Shown: positions 26,026 to 36,302, counted from the stretch's first letter. The stretch is DNA of 64,000 nt from Candidatus Omnitrophota bacterium (GCA_016867115.1 VGKG01000002.1:70449-134448), one strand, 5' to 3'. Notes: generated by a model not told the origin, from the letters alone. Translations and numbers: made by a program.

Positions 26026-27573
26026 ATGCCTGAGAACAGATGCGACACCGAGATCGATGTCCTGATCCGCGCCCGCTACCCCCTTATTTACGTAGTCAGC
26101 TGGGAAGAGCCGCGTATTTTAGAGAGGCTTAAAAGCTTAGCTGACCGGCGCCAGAAAAAACTTTTTCTCTGGTCGATCACCCGCGGGATCCATAAGATCG
26201 ACGACGAGCCATCAAAGGCGGATGAGGGGACGCGCGATCCGCTTAACGCCTTAAGTTATGTGGAGAGGTGCCCGGACCCGGCTATTTTTGTCTTCCTGGA
26301 CTTCCACTCCTACCTTAATGACCAGACCATCATCCGCAAGCTCAGGGACCTGGTCAGCAATCTTAAGAATACTTATGAGACCCTGATGATACTGTCGCCG
26401 GTCCTGACTGTGCCGGTGGAGCTGGAAAAAGAGTTTGTCGTCGTGGATTACGACCTTCCGACATACGAGGAGATCAAAGACCTCCTTTCCGGGATCATCG
26501 AAGTCGTCTCGAAAAATCAGGAAGTAAAAATTGAGCTGAATGACGAGACTAAAGAGAAACTGGTCAAGGCAGCCTTAGGCTTGACGCACCAGGAAGCGGA
26601 GAATGCTTTTGCCCGCGTGATAGTCCTGGATAAGCGGTTGGACATAAATGACATAGATAAGATCCTGGAAGAGAAAAAACAGGCGATCCGCAAAAGCCGG
26701 CTCCTGGAATATTACGAATCAAAGGAAGAGTTCGCTAGCGTCGGAGGACTGGATTGCCTTAAAGACTGGCTTAAAAAACGAGGGGCTGCTTTTACCCAGA
26801 AGGCCCATGAGTTCGGCCTGCCCCAGCCAAAGGGGATACTGCTTTTAGGGGTGCAGGGTTGCGGAAAGAGCCTTACGGCAAAGGCAGTGGCGAGCCTCTG
26901 GAAACTGCCGCTTTTACGCTTGGATATCGGCGCGGTTTTTAGCGGGATTGTCGGTTCCTCCGAAGAGAATATGCGCCGGGCAATCCGCGCTGCGGAGACG
27001 CTTTCCCCGATCATCCTCTGGATAGATGAGATAGAAAAGGGCCTCTCCGGAGTGCAGAGCTCTACTTTTTCCGATGCCGGGACTTCTGCCAGGGTCTTTA
27101 GCACCTTCCTTACCTGGCTGCAGGAAAAGACCTCACCTGTCTTTGTCATCGCCACCGCCAATAATATCCAGCTCCTGCCTCCGGAATTGCTGCGCAAGGG
27201 CAGGTTTGATGAGATATTCTTTGTTGACCTTCCCGCTGCCGATGAGAGAAAAGAGATCTTCGGCATACACATAAAAAAACGCAAGCGCGATCCCGCCAAG
27301 TTTGACCTGGCATCTCTCTCCGGAGAAAGCGACGGCTATAGCGGTGCCGAGATCGAGCAGGCCGTCATCTCCTCGCTTTATGACGCATTCCTTGAAGAGC
27401 GCGATATAAATAACCGGGACGTATTAAACAGTTTAAAACAGAGCGTCCCGTTATCAGTGACCATGCGCGAGAGCATCGAAGAGACGCGTAATTGGGCAAG
27501 GCAGAGGGCAAGGCCGGCAAGCAGCGCGCAGAGAGAGGGCGCCTGCAAGAGAGAGAGAAAAATCGAGCTGTGA
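26026..27573 (+). CDS. Ycf46-like AAA+ ATPase (N-terminal ~250-aa domain plus a classic AAA module).
   Basis: N-terminal RARYPLIYVVSWEEPRILERL resembles cyanobacterial Ycf46. Walker A GVQGCGKSLTA, Walker B ILWIDEIEK, second region of homology. Confidence 0.7.
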   Translation: MPENRCDTEIDVLIRARYPLIYVVSWEEPRILERLKSLADRRQKKLFLWSITRGIHKIDDEPSKADEGTRDPLNALSYVERCPDPAIFVFLDFHSYLNDQTIIRKLRDLVSNLKNTYETLMILSPVLTVPVELEKEFVVVDYDLPTYEEIKDLLSGIIEVVSKNQEVKIELNDETKEKLVKAALGLTHQEAENAFARVIVLDKRLDINDIDKILEEKKQAIRKSRLLEYYESKEEFASVGGLDCLKDWLKKRGAAFTQKAHEFGLPQPKGILLLGVQGCGKSLTAKAVASLWKLPLLRLDIGAVFSGIVGSSEENMRRAIRAAETLSPIILWIDEIEKGLSGVQSSTFSDAGTSARVFSTFLTWLQEKTSPVFVIATANNIQLLPPELLRKGRFDEIFFVDLPAADERKEIFGIHIKKRKRDPAKFDLASLSGESDGYSGAEIEQAVISSLYDAFLEERDINNRDVLNSLKQSVPLSVTMRESIEETRNWARQRARPASSAQREGACKRERKIEL

Positions 27574-28277
27574 CGTTAAAAAGGTTCCTCAAGCGCTTTG
27601 AGAGACTGGAAAATATCCCGCAAGAGAGCCTGCTTAAAGCCGGCCTTAAGATCTCCAAGCGCTTTGAGCGCCTTGAGATCGGAGATAAAAAGATAGAGCT
27701 GACCATCGCCGATACGGTCCTGACCGAAGAGAGCGCGCCCGGCGAGATCGAGTATCACGTGCTCTGTCCGATGTGCGGGGCGGAGAACCACTTTAAGAAC
27801 AGTGTTTGCGTCCTTTGCAAGCGTTCTCTGGAGATAGACGCTTTTTCCGGGAAGAGGCGGGAGCTGGCCCTCTTAAAAAAATGCAGCTGCGGGGCGATCA
27901 ACCAGAAGGAACGCCGGAATTGCTGGATCTGCGGCAAAGACTTCTTCCTGGAAAAGCAGAAAAAACCGCGGGTAGACGCGGAAAATGTAATCATCTTAAA
28001 TATAAACGGCAAAGAATACAAGTCTACTGATACTAATCTTCCTCTGGATATCCGCGCGCTCATGGAGAGGATCCGCAGGGAAGGGTATAAAAAAGAGCTG
28101 ATCGATGCCTGGATTGACGAGCGCAACCGGAAACTGGAAGGGCGCGAGAGTGAGCGGCGCGACCGCATGCAGCAGATCCAGCTTAACCTGGTCATGCGCA
28201 CTATAGGCCTGTTTATTTTTCTGCTGTTCATAATGGCACAGCTGGTAATGTGCTTCCGTTACGGCACGCAGAATTAG
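27570..28277 (+). CDS. Double zinc-ribbon protein with tandem KRFERLE N-terminal repeats and a C-terminal TM anchor. The GTG start overlaps the AAA ATPase stop (GTGA).
   Basis: CPMCGAEN...CVLCKRS and CSCGAIN...CWICGKDF Cys clusters, and a C-terminal hydrophobic helix TIGLFIFLLFIMAQLVMCF. The start is inferred from the GTGA overlap; the track ORF starts further upstream at ATG 27492, inside the ATPase gene. Confidence 0.45.
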   Translation: MTLKRFLKRFERLENIPQESLLKAGLKISKRFERLEIGDKKIELTIADTVLTEESAPGEIEYHVLCPMCGAENHFKNSVCVLCKRSLEIDAFSGKRRELALLKKCSCGAINQKERRNCWICGKDFFLEKQKKPRVDAENVIILNINGKEYKSTDTNLPLDIRALMERIRREGYKKELIDAWIDERNRKLEGRESERRDRMQQIQLNLVMRTIGLFIFLLFIMAQLVMCFRYGTQN

Positions 28278-28291
28278 AAGAGGAGGTAATC

Positions 28292-28684
28292 ATGTCTTCA
28301 GGAGGAAGCGTAATTGCTTTAGAGATCAGGGCGCTGGTGTGCCTGATAAAATCTATCGTGGATCTGGGGATCCAGTATAAGGAACTTGCCTCTATGCGTA
28401 CTGCCGACGGAAAAGTCCATAAAGTCGACCTGGTGATCAAGGATGAGTTCGGCAAAGAGATCGGGTTCGAAAAGACCGAGCAGGGTAATTACCGGATCGT
28501 CTCGGATAGCAGCGGTCTTAATCAGAACCAGATCAGGAAGCAGCAGGAGTTCGTAAAAAAGATCCGCCAGCGATATGCTTATAATAAGGTGGTGGAGGAA
28601 TTAAGGAAGCAGGGCTATACCATTGCCGAGGAAGAAAAGGTCGAGAAGAACACGATTAGATTAGTGGCCAGGAAATGGTCCTAA
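28292..28684 (+). CDS. DUF1257-like small protein.
   Basis: About 130 aa. ALEIRALVCLIKSIVDLGIQYK...KVDLVIKDEFGKEIGFEKTEQGNYRIVSDSSGLNQNQ...QRYAYNKVVEELRKQGYTIAEEE...IRLVARKW matches my recollection of DUF1257 proteins that accompany Ycf46. Strong RBS GAGGAGG. Confidence 0.5.
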   Translation: MSSGGSVIALEIRALVCLIKSIVDLGIQYKELASMRTADGKVHKVDLVIKDEFGKEIGFEKTEQGNYRIVSDSSGLNQNQIRKQQEFVKKIRQRYAYNKVVEELRKQGYTIAEEEKVEKNTIRLVARKWS

Positions 28685-28708
28685 AAATATCCAGCAGAGG
28701 AGACAGAT

Positions 28709-28909
28709 ATGGCCGGAAAACAGGAAGTAGAGATATTCATCTCTGACGACGGAGAATTGAAGGTGCACATCCGCGGGATCAAGGGGCCTTCCTGCGTGGA
28801 TGTTTTAGAGAAGCTTGCCGGCGACGGCGAGATCAAAGAAAAGGTCTTAAGCAGCGAATATTACGAGACCGTGAAAGAGGCCCCTAAAACCAGGATAAAG
28901 AAGCAATAA
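28709..28909 (+). CDS. DUF2997-like small protein.
   Basis: 66 aa. EVEIFISDDGELKVHIRGIKGPSCVDVLEKLAGDGEI matches the DUF2997 pattern (I.I..DG.V....G..G.sC). It lies adjacent to the DUF1257-like gene. Confidence 0.5.
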   Translation: MAGKQEVEIFISDDGELKVHIRGIKGPSCVDVLEKLAGDGEIKEKVLSSEYYETVKEAPKTRIKKQ

Positions 28910-28914
28910 ATTCG

Positions 28915-31605
28915 ATGAACGAAATCCCCACCCGTTATAACCCCAAGGAGACCGAGGATAAATGGTATAAGTTCTGGGAGGAGAAGGGATTCTTTGCGGC
29001 TGGCGCCAATCCTGAAAAGAAACCTTTCTGCATCGTGATACCCCCGCCCAATGTCACCGGTATCCTGCATATGGGGCATGCCCTGAACAATACCATCCAG
29101 GATATCCTTATCCGCTACCACCGCATGAAAGGCGAAGAGTCGCTCTGGATGCCCGGGACAGACCATGCCGGCATCGCCACCCAGAACGTGGTGGAGAAAG
29201 CCTTGGCTAAAGAAGGGCTGAAGCGCCAGGACCTGGGCCGGGAAAAGTTTATCCGGCGGGTCTGGCAGTGGAAGGAGCAATACGGCTCAACGATCATCCG
29301 GCAGCTGAAGAAGCTGGGCGCCTCCTGCGATTGGCAGCGGGAACGTTTTACCATGGATGAGGGGTATTCCTGCGCAGTGATCGAGGTTTTCGTACGCTTA
29401 TACGAAAAAGGGTTGATCTACCGGGGCAGTTACATCATCAACTGGTGCCCGAGATGCCAGACTGCGCTTTCGGATGAAGAGGCGCCGCACCATGAATTAC
29501 AGGGGAATCTCTATTATCTCAGATACCCCTTTAAAGATAATCCGGATGAGTATATCGTGGTAGCGACTACCAGGCCTGAGACTATGCTGGGAGATACCGC
29601 GGTAGCAGTCAATCCTAAAGACAGGCGCTATAAAAAAGCTATCGGTAAGTGCCTGATCTTGCCGTTGATTAACCGCGAGATCAGGGTGATCGCGGATAGT
29701 ATGGTGGACATGGAGTTCGGTACCGGTGCAGTAAAGGTGACTCCGGCGCATGATCCTAATGACTATTGCCTGGCCAAGAAACATAATCTGGAGTTTGTAA
29801 ATGTCATGCATCCGGATGCTTCGATGAACGACGCAGCCGGCGATTACCGGAATATGGACCGTTTTGAAGCGCGCGAGGTGATCCTGGAAGACCTGAAAGA
29901 AAAGGGGCTCCTGGAGAAGGTCGTGCCCCACGTTTTATCCGCCGGCCACTGTTACCGCTGCCACACTATTATTGAACCGTACTTGTCGAAGCAGTGGTTC
30001 GTGAAGATGAAACCGCTGGCAAAACCTGCGATCGATGCGGTGAAAAAGGGCAAGATCAGGTTTCATCCTGGCCGCTGGACCAAGGTGTATCTAAACTGGA
30101 TGGAGAATATCCAGGACTGGTGCATCTCGCGCCAGATCTGGTGGGGGCACCGCCTGCCTGTTTACTACTGTTCAAATTGCATGAAGCAGGCAGACCAGTC
30201 ACCAGGTCAACGGGTCACCGGGTCACCGGTCAAAAACAAAGGCATAATTGTATCCAGATCAAAACCCGAAAAATGCCCGGATTGCGGCTCAAGTGATATT
30301 TACCAGGATGAGGACGTATTGGATACCTGGTTCTCCTCGTGGCTCTGGCCTTTTGCGACCTTTGGCTGGCCTGAGCTTAGCCAAGACTTAAAATATTTCT
30401 ATCCTACTGCTGTCCTGGTCACGGCACCTGAAATCATCTTTTTCTGGGTCGCGCGCATGATCATTGCGGGTTTTGAGTTCATGGGAGATATCCCTTTCCG
30501 TGATGTATATATTCACGGCACGGTGCGCGACATCGAAGGAAAAAAGATGTCCAAGTCACTGGGCAACATTATCGATCCCTTAAGCATTATCGATGAATAC
30601 GGAGCGGATGCCCTACGCTTTAGCCTCATCTCTATTACTGCGCAGGGTCAGGACGTATTCCTCTCCAAGGAGAGATTCGAACAAGGGAGGAACTTTGCCA
30701 ATAAGATCTGGAATGCCTCGCGCTTCATCCTGATGAACCTTGAGCCTGAGCAGGCCAGGGTAGACCTCTGTGACTACTTCCAGAAAGAAAAATTAAGCCT
30801 GGTCAACCGCTGGATATTGAGCAGGTTTTATTCGGCCCTTAAAGGGGTAGACCAGTATCTGGAAACCTTCCGCTTTAACGAGGCGGTAAATACTCTTTAT
30901 AGTTTCTTCTGGCATGAGTTTTGCGACTGGTATCTGGAGCTGATCAAATCCGATATCAAGAGAAATGAGAACCAGGTGGTGATGTATAAGATGCTGGAAA
31001 AATCCCTGCGGCTGATTCAGCCCTTCATGCCCTACATCGCAGAAGAGATCTGGCAGAGGCTTGCGCATGAAGGAGAATCGATCATGGTCCGGCCCTGGCC
31101 GCATGTCCAGGAGCAGCTTATCGATAAGAAGTGCGAAAAAGAGGCTGAGTCCGTCTTTGAGGCAGTCACCGGGATACGTAACCTGCGCACTTCTTTAGAG
31201 ATCAGGCCTGAACAGAGGGTGAAGGTCTCCCTTTATCCTCACGCAAAGGCAAAATCGAAATTACTTAACGAATCATCAGGTTTGATCAAAGACCTGGCGA
31301 GGCTTGAGTCGTTGGAATTCCTCTCTGAAAACAAGAGGCCTGCAGCCTGCGTAAGCGCGGTATCTAAGGATGCCGATATCTACCTGCATTTTAGCGGCCT
31401 CCTGGACCTGGCCGCGGAACAGGAGAAGATCAAAAAAAAGACAACTTCTTTAAGCGCACTGCTTCGGGCAAAAGAGGCGCGGATGAAGAACGCCGAATTT
31501 GTAAAAAAAGCGCCCAAAGAGGTCGTTGAAGGAGAAAAAGAGAGCATAAATAAATTAAACGAAGAGTTATCTCGGCTCCAGAAGATGCACGATGAACTAC
31601 GTTAA
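28915..31605 (+). CDS. valS: Valyl-tRNA synthetase.
   Basis: HIGH-class motif HMGHALNNTIQD, KMSKS, C-terminal coiled coil, 896 aa. Confidence 0.95.
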   Translation: MNEIPTRYNPKETEDKWYKFWEEKGFFAAGANPEKKPFCIVIPPPNVTGILHMGHALNNTIQDILIRYHRMKGEESLWMPGTDHAGIATQNVVEKALAKEGLKRQDLGREKFIRRVWQWKEQYGSTIIRQLKKLGASCDWQRERFTMDEGYSCAVIEVFVRLYEKGLIYRGSYIINWCPRCQTALSDEEAPHHELQGNLYYLRYPFKDNPDEYIVVATTRPETMLGDTAVAVNPKDRRYKKAIGKCLILPLINREIRVIADSMVDMEFGTGAVKVTPAHDPNDYCLAKKHNLEFVNVMHPDASMNDAAGDYRNMDRFEAREVILEDLKEKGLLEKVVPHVLSAGHCYRCHTIIEPYLSKQWFVKMKPLAKPAIDAVKKGKIRFHPGRWTKVYLNWMENIQDWCISRQIWWGHRLPVYYCSNCMKQADQSPGQRVTGSPVKNKGIIVSRSKPEKCPDCGSSDIYQDEDVLDTWFSSWLWPFATFGWPELSQDLKYFYPTAVLVTAPEIIFFWVARMIIAGFEFMGDIPFRDVYIHGTVRDIEGKKMSKSLGNIIDPLSIIDEYGADALRFSLISITAQGQDVFLSKERFEQGRNFANKIWNASRFILMNLEPEQARVDLCDYFQKEKLSLVNRWILSRFYSALKGVDQYLETFRFNEAVNTLYSFFWHEFCDWYLELIKSDIKRNENQVVMYKMLEKSLRLIQPFMPYIAEEIWQRLAHEGESIMVRPWPHVQEQLIDKKCEKEAESVFEAVTGIRNLRTSLEIRPEQRVKVSLYPHAKAKSKLLNESSGLIKDLARLESLEFLSENKRPAACVSAVSKDADIYLHFSGLLDLAAEQEKIKKKTTSLSALLRAKEARMKNAEFVKKAPKEVVEGEKESINKLNEELSRLQKMHDELR

Positions 31606-32440
31606 TAATCTCTCCCTCAAAGAAATAGTCAGAATCGCCCTGAAAGAGGATATCGGAACCCGGGATATTACCACACTTTCCCTTATCCCGCGAAACAAGA
31701 AGGTAAAGGCGGTATTCCTGGCAAAAGAAGACCTGGTGGTCTGCGGTCTGCATGTGGCAGCGCTGGTCATCAGTCAGCTGGATAAGGGGGTCAGGTTCCT
31801 GCCCTGTGTACGCGAGGGGGCAGCAGTGAAAAGGGGAAAAGAGATTGCAAGGCTCACCGGAAGAGCGCAGAGCATCTTAAGCGCGGAGCGGGTCAGTCTT
31901 AATTTTTTAAGCCTCCTTTCAGGAATAGCTACGAAGACGCGTAAGTTCGCCCGTGCGGTAAAACCCTACAAAGTCAGGATCCTGGATACCCGCAAGACTA
32001 TCCCCGGCCTGCGCCTCCTTGAGAAATACGCAGTCAGGACCGGCGGCGGGTTTAATCACCGTTATTGCCTGGATGAAATGGTCATGGTCAAAGACAACCA
32101 CCTGAAAGCGATCGGCGGTATCGATAAATTAAAAAAGCTTCCAAAGAATTTCCGTTCGGAGATAGAGGCGAAGGACTTGAAAGAACTAAGGAGCGCGCTT
32201 AAGCTTCATCCTGATATTATAATGCTTGATAATATGAGGATTGCCGATATGCGTAAAGCGGTCAGAATCAGGAACGAATCTGCCCTAGGCAAAATTAATC
32301 CTTTGCCTAAGCTGGAGGCTTCGGGCGGAATAACCCTTCGGAATGTCAAGAAGGTCGCTTCAACCGGCGTAGATTTCATCTCGGTAGGCGGGCTTACCCA
32401 TTCCGTGGATGCCGTAGATATTAGCCTTGAGATCCTCTAA
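31592..32440 (+). CDS. nadC: Nicotinate-nucleotide pyrophosphorylase (quinolinate phosphoribosyltransferase).
   Basis: Characteristic IMLDNM and TRKT motifs, about 280 aa. Confidence 0.9.
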   Translation: MNYVNNLSLKEIVRIALKEDIGTRDITTLSLIPRNKKVKAVFLAKEDLVVCGLHVAALVISQLDKGVRFLPCVREGAAVKRGKEIARLTGRAQSILSAERVSLNFLSLLSGIATKTRKFARAVKPYKVRILDTRKTIPGLRLLEKYAVRTGGGFNHRYCLDEMVMVKDNHLKAIGGIDKLKKLPKNFRSEIEAKDLKELRSALKLHPDIIMLDNMRIADMRKAVRIRNESALGKINPLPKLEASGGITLRNVKKVASTGVDFISVGGLTHSVDAVDISLEIL

Positions 32441-32445
32441 AGCCC

Positions 32446-34419
32446 TTGGAAAAGTTCAAACTCGTCTCGAAGTTCAAGCCTTGCGGTGACCAGCCTAGAG
32501 CTATTAGCGAGCTGGCCGAAAGTATCCGCTCCGGGAAAAAGAATATCGTGCTTCTTGGCGTCACCGGTTCGGGCAAAACCTTCACCCTGGCAAATGCTGT
32601 CAGCGAAGTAAACCTTCCGACGCTAGTCATCTCCCACAATAAGACCCTGGCTGCGCAGCTCTATTCGGAATTCAAAGAATTCTTCCCGCATAACGCTGTT
32701 GAGTACTTTGTCAGCTACTACGATTATTACCAGCCCGAAGCCTATATTCCCTCCACCGACACCTATATCGAGAAAGACGCCTCTATCAACGACCGGCTCG
32801 ACCGCCTGCGCCTTTCGGCAACTGCCAGCCTGATGAGCCGCAGGGATGTCTTAATTGTCGCTTCGGTTTCATGTATTTACAACCTTGGCAGCCCCGAAGA
32901 ATATAAAGGGCTGCTGGTTTTTATCGAGAAAGGGCAGTTGATCTCGCGGGATGACCTCATCCGCAGGTTCATCCAGATTCAGTATGAGCGTAATGACTAT
33001 GAGTTTGTGCGGGGGAGGATGCGCGTCAGGGGGGATACCCTGGAGATATTTCCTTCTTATAAAGAGACAGCGCTGCGTATCGAGCTTTCCGGAGACGAGA
33101 TCAGCCGCATCAGTGAAATCAATCCGGTTTCGGCAGAGACGATCAACGTCTTAGAAAAGGTTGCGGTTTATCCTGCGAAGCACTTCATCGTGTCGCAGGA
33201 TGCCATAAAGAACTCCGTGCAATCCATCCGGTGGGAGCTTGAGGACCGGCTGAAGTTCCTGCGCTCCCGGGGGAAGCTCCTTGAGGCCCAGCGCCTTGAA
33301 TCACGCACTACTTATGATCTGGAGATGCTTCAGGAGGCCGGCTACTGCCACGGCATCGAGAACTATTCCCGCCACCTCTCCGGAAGGCCCCCGGGCTCCC
33401 GGCCCTTTTGCCTGATCGATTATTTTCCGGGAGGTTTCCTTACCGTGATTGATGAGTCGCATGTGACGATCCCCCAGATAAGGGGCATGTATGAAGGCGA
33501 TAAAGCCAGGAAAGAGATCCTGGTAGAGTACGGCTTCCGGCTTCCGTCGTGCCTGGATAACCGGCCATTGAAATTCGATGAGTTTAATGAGCTGGCAAAA
33601 CAGACGGTTTATGTCTCAGCCACCCCGGATGAATACGAGATAAAGAAGAGCGATAGCCGGGTTATCGAACAGATCATCCGGCCTACCGGCTTGGTTGACC
33701 CTGAGATCATCGTGAAACCTACCGAAGGCCAGATCGAGGACTTGATCGCAGAGATAAGAATGCGCTCAAAGCGCAACGAACGGGTCCTGGTGACCACCCT
33801 GACCAAGAGGATGGCCGAAGACCTTTCAACTTATTTACAAGAGAGGGGTTTAAGGGTAAAATACCTGCATTCAGAGATCCAGACCATAGAGCGCTCTAAA
33901 ATACTGCGCGAACTAAGGCAGAAGGAGTTTGACGCGCTCATCGGCATAAACCTCTTAAGGGAGGGGCTTGACCTGCCCGAAGTCTCGCTGGTAGCGATCC
34001 TGGATGCGGATAAAGAGGGGTTCCTGCGTTCGGCCACCAGCCTCATCCAGGTAGCCGGAAGGGCAGCGCGAAATATTAACGGTGCGGTGATCATGTATGC
34101 GGATAACCTCACTAACTCCATGAAGAAGGCGATCGCCGAGAGTAACCGCAGAAGAGAGAAGCAGGTAGAGTTTAACGCTAAGAATAAGATCACCCCGCGT
34201 TCGGTGGTGAAGGCGATAAAACAGGGCATAGAGGATTTGGCCGAAGCCGAAGAGTTCGTCGAAGGCCTGACCGGGATAAGCCGGGAAGAGTTTGAATTAA
34301 AGGGCTACATCGCCGAGCTTGAATACGAGATGGAGTTGGCTGCGCGAAACCTGCAGTTTGAAAAGGCAGCGGTGATCAGGGACAGGATAAAGGAGCTGAG
34401 AGTACCTCATGGCTCATAG
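32446..34419 (+). CDS. uvrB: Excinuclease ABC subunit B.
   Basis: Walker A GVTGSGKT, helicase motifs, C-terminal UVR domain. Confidence 0.95.
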   Translation: MEKFKLVSKFKPCGDQPRAISELAESIRSGKKNIVLLGVTGSGKTFTLANAVSEVNLPTLVISHNKTLAAQLYSEFKEFFPHNAVEYFVSYYDYYQPEAYIPSTDTYIEKDASINDRLDRLRLSATASLMSRRDVLIVASVSCIYNLGSPEEYKGLLVFIEKGQLISRDDLIRRFIQIQYERNDYEFVRGRMRVRGDTLEIFPSYKETALRIELSGDEISRISEINPVSAETINVLEKVAVYPAKHFIVSQDAIKNSVQSIRWELEDRLKFLRSRGKLLEAQRLESRTTYDLEMLQEAGYCHGIENYSRHLSGRPPGSRPFCLIDYFPGGFLTVIDESHVTIPQIRGMYEGDKARKEILVEYGFRLPSCLDNRPLKFDEFNELAKQTVYVSATPDEYEIKKSDSRVIEQIIRPTGLVDPEIIVKPTEGQIEDLIAEIRMRSKRNERVLVTTLTKRMAEDLSTYLQERGLRVKYLHSEIQTIERSKILRELRQKEFDALIGINLLREGLDLPEVSLVAILDADKEGFLRSATSLIQVAGRAARNINGAVIMYADNLTNSMKKAIAESNRRREKQVEFNAKNKITPRSVVKAIKQGIEDLAEAEEFVEGLTGISREEFELKGYIAELEYEMELAARNLQFEKAAVIRDRIKELRVPHGS

Positions 34420-34446
34420 CGCACAGCTTATAGGAAGAACCAAAAA

Positions 34447-35184
34447 ATGCTTTTAGCGTTCGATATAGGAAATACTAACATCAGTATGGGGGTATTTAAG
34501 GGCAGGCGCCTCATAGCGCGTAAGAGCGTTCCCACAAAGGTGCCTTCCTATGGCAGGATCCTTAAGCCGCTGTTCTCTAAATTTAAAATAGAAGATGTGG
34601 TTATCTGCAGTGTGGTGCCTGACGCTACGAAAAAGCTTAAAAAAGCTCTTGAGGCCGTATTTCCGGGCCGCCCCCTAATAATAGGTAAGGATATCCGCGT
34701 ACCTATAAAGAATCTTTACCGCAAGCCCTCTCAAGTGGGCCAGGACCGGCTGGTGAATGCCTATGCCGCAAGTTTGCTTTTTGGCGCGCCTTTGGTGGTC
34801 GTAGATTTTGGCACGGCAGTCACTTTTGACGTGATCTCTAAGAATAAAGAATACCTGGGCGGTATGATCCTGCCGGGGCCTGGGATCTCGCTTGAAGCCC
34901 TGGCAGAGCGGACTGCTTTACTGCCAAGGATCAAACTTGCCAGGCCGCGGGAGTTTATCGGAAGAGATACTAAAAACAGTATACTTAGCGGAATAATTAT
35001 AGGAATGTCCCTTTTAAGCGATAGCCTGATCTTAAAACTAAGAAAAAGATTCGGCAGCCGCCTTAAGGCAGCAGGTACCGGCGGGGACATCAGCATAATC
35101 GGCAGGTATTCCAGAGAGATAAAGTTTATAGACCATGATCTGACCCTTAAGGGCTTGCAGGTCATATTTGAAAAATGCGTGTAA
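34447..35184 (+). CDS. coaX: Type III pantothenate kinase.
   Basis: MLLAFDIGNTNISMGVF N-terminus (CoaX/Bvg accessory factor family). Confidence 0.85.
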   Translation: MLLAFDIGNTNISMGVFKGRRLIARKSVPTKVPSYGRILKPLFSKFKIEDVVICSVVPDATKKLKKALEAVFPGRPLIIGKDIRVPIKNLYRKPSQVGQDRLVNAYAASLLFGAPLVVVDFGTAVTFDVISKNKEYLGGMILPGPGISLEALAERTALLPRIKLARPREFIGRDTKNSILSGIIIGMSLLSDSLILKLRKRFGSRLKAAGTGGDISIIGRYSREIKFIDHDLTLKGLQVIFEKCV

Positions 35185-36035
35185 GGGTCCTCAGATCCTT
35201 CTTTGCCATATTGCTCTTTGCGGTCCCCGCCCTTGCCCAGGTGGACGCTGATTTTGAGGATAAAGTACAGAACCTGGAGTGGGTGGCTTACAGCCCGACA
35301 AATTATGATCCTCAGGCAGGCGAATATCCCGGAGAAGGCTCGATCCGCTTTGACCTGGAGACGCTCATCCAGCACGGCTTTACCGGCCTTGTCACTTACG
35401 GCGCTTCCGGCCCCCTGGCAAAGATACCGGAGATCGCCCGCAGTACGGGGTTTCAGGGCGTGATCATGGGTATCTGGGATATCTCTGACAACACGGAGGT
35501 TCAGAATGCCGTTATTGCGGCTGAATATGTAGACGGCTATTGCATGGGTAACGAAGGCTTGAATGTACGCTATGACCTGAAGGAGTTAAATGAAGCGATC
35601 CTGGGACTAAGAGGAACTACGGCAAAACCCGTGACCACTTCCGAACAGATCTTTGATTATACTAATGCCGAAGTCCTTAACCTGGGAGACTGGGTCTTCC
35701 CGAATATCCACCCTTTTTTAAGCGAAGTCAAGATCCCGGAAAAAGCGGTGCGCTGGATAGAGAGCTATTATATGCGCCTCAAAAAGAATGTTGAGCAGGA
35801 CCGGATCATCTTTTTCAAGGAGGTAGGGTTTCCTACGGCCGGGGCCGTTGAGGCAACTGATAAGAATCAGACGCGTTTTTTTCTTGAGATGGAACAGACG
35901 GTCGTGCCATTTACTTATTTTGAGGCCTTTGACCAGCCCTGGAAGAGGCACCTTCCGGTCGAGTCGCATTGGGGGCTTTTTGACAGCCGCCGGCAACCTA
36001 AGAGGTTTATGAAGGCCTACGGAATAAAAAAGTAA
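35175..36035 (+). CDS. Secreted glycoside hydrolase, probably GH17-like (beta-1,3-glucanase fold).
   Basis: Signal peptide, YCMGNEG (clan GH-A NEP-like acid/base), and C-terminal FEAFDQPWK...ESHWGLF resembling the GH17 FE.FDE.WK...E.HWGLF. Confidence 0.4.
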   Translation: MRVRVLRSFFAILLFAVPALAQVDADFEDKVQNLEWVAYSPTNYDPQAGEYPGEGSIRFDLETLIQHGFTGLVTYGASGPLAKIPEIARSTGFQGVIMGIWDISDNTEVQNAVIAAEYVDGYCMGNEGLNVRYDLKELNEAILGLRGTTAKPVTTSEQIFDYTNAEVLNLGDWVFPNIHPFLSEVKIPEKAVRWIESYYMRLKKNVEQDRIIFFKEVGFPTAGAVEATDKNQTRFFLEMEQTVVPFTYFEAFDQPWKRHLPVESHWGLFDSRRQPKRFMKAYGIKK

Positions 36036-36048
36036 TCAGAGCAGGAGG

Positions 36049-36276
36049 GTGGCGATGACAGAAAAGATGATGACCATAATCATGGCCCTGGTGCTGTCTG
36101 CGGTAGTCCTGGTAGCCGCGGTCAACTTTCTTAAATCAAGAAGGTTACCTGAGACCGAAGAGGTAGAATATCAGCAGCCGAAAAAGGAGCAGACATTGCC
36201 GGCTGAGAAGGACAGTGACCGTGACGGAGTGCCGGATTCCCTGGACAGCGAACCTTTTGACCGGAGGAAATTTTAA
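36049..36276 (+). CDS. Small membrane protein with an Asp-rich calcium-binding-like tail (DSDRDGVPDSLD).
   Basis: 75 aa, an N-terminal TM helix, and a DxDxDG-type motif. Confidence 0.3.
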   Translation: MAMTEKMMTIIMALVLSAVVLVAAVNFLKSRRLPETEEVEYQQPKKEQTLPAEKDSDRDGVPDSLDSEPFDRRKF

Positions 36277-36302
36277 GCCTTAACAGCCGCACTTCAGGCA
36301 AT

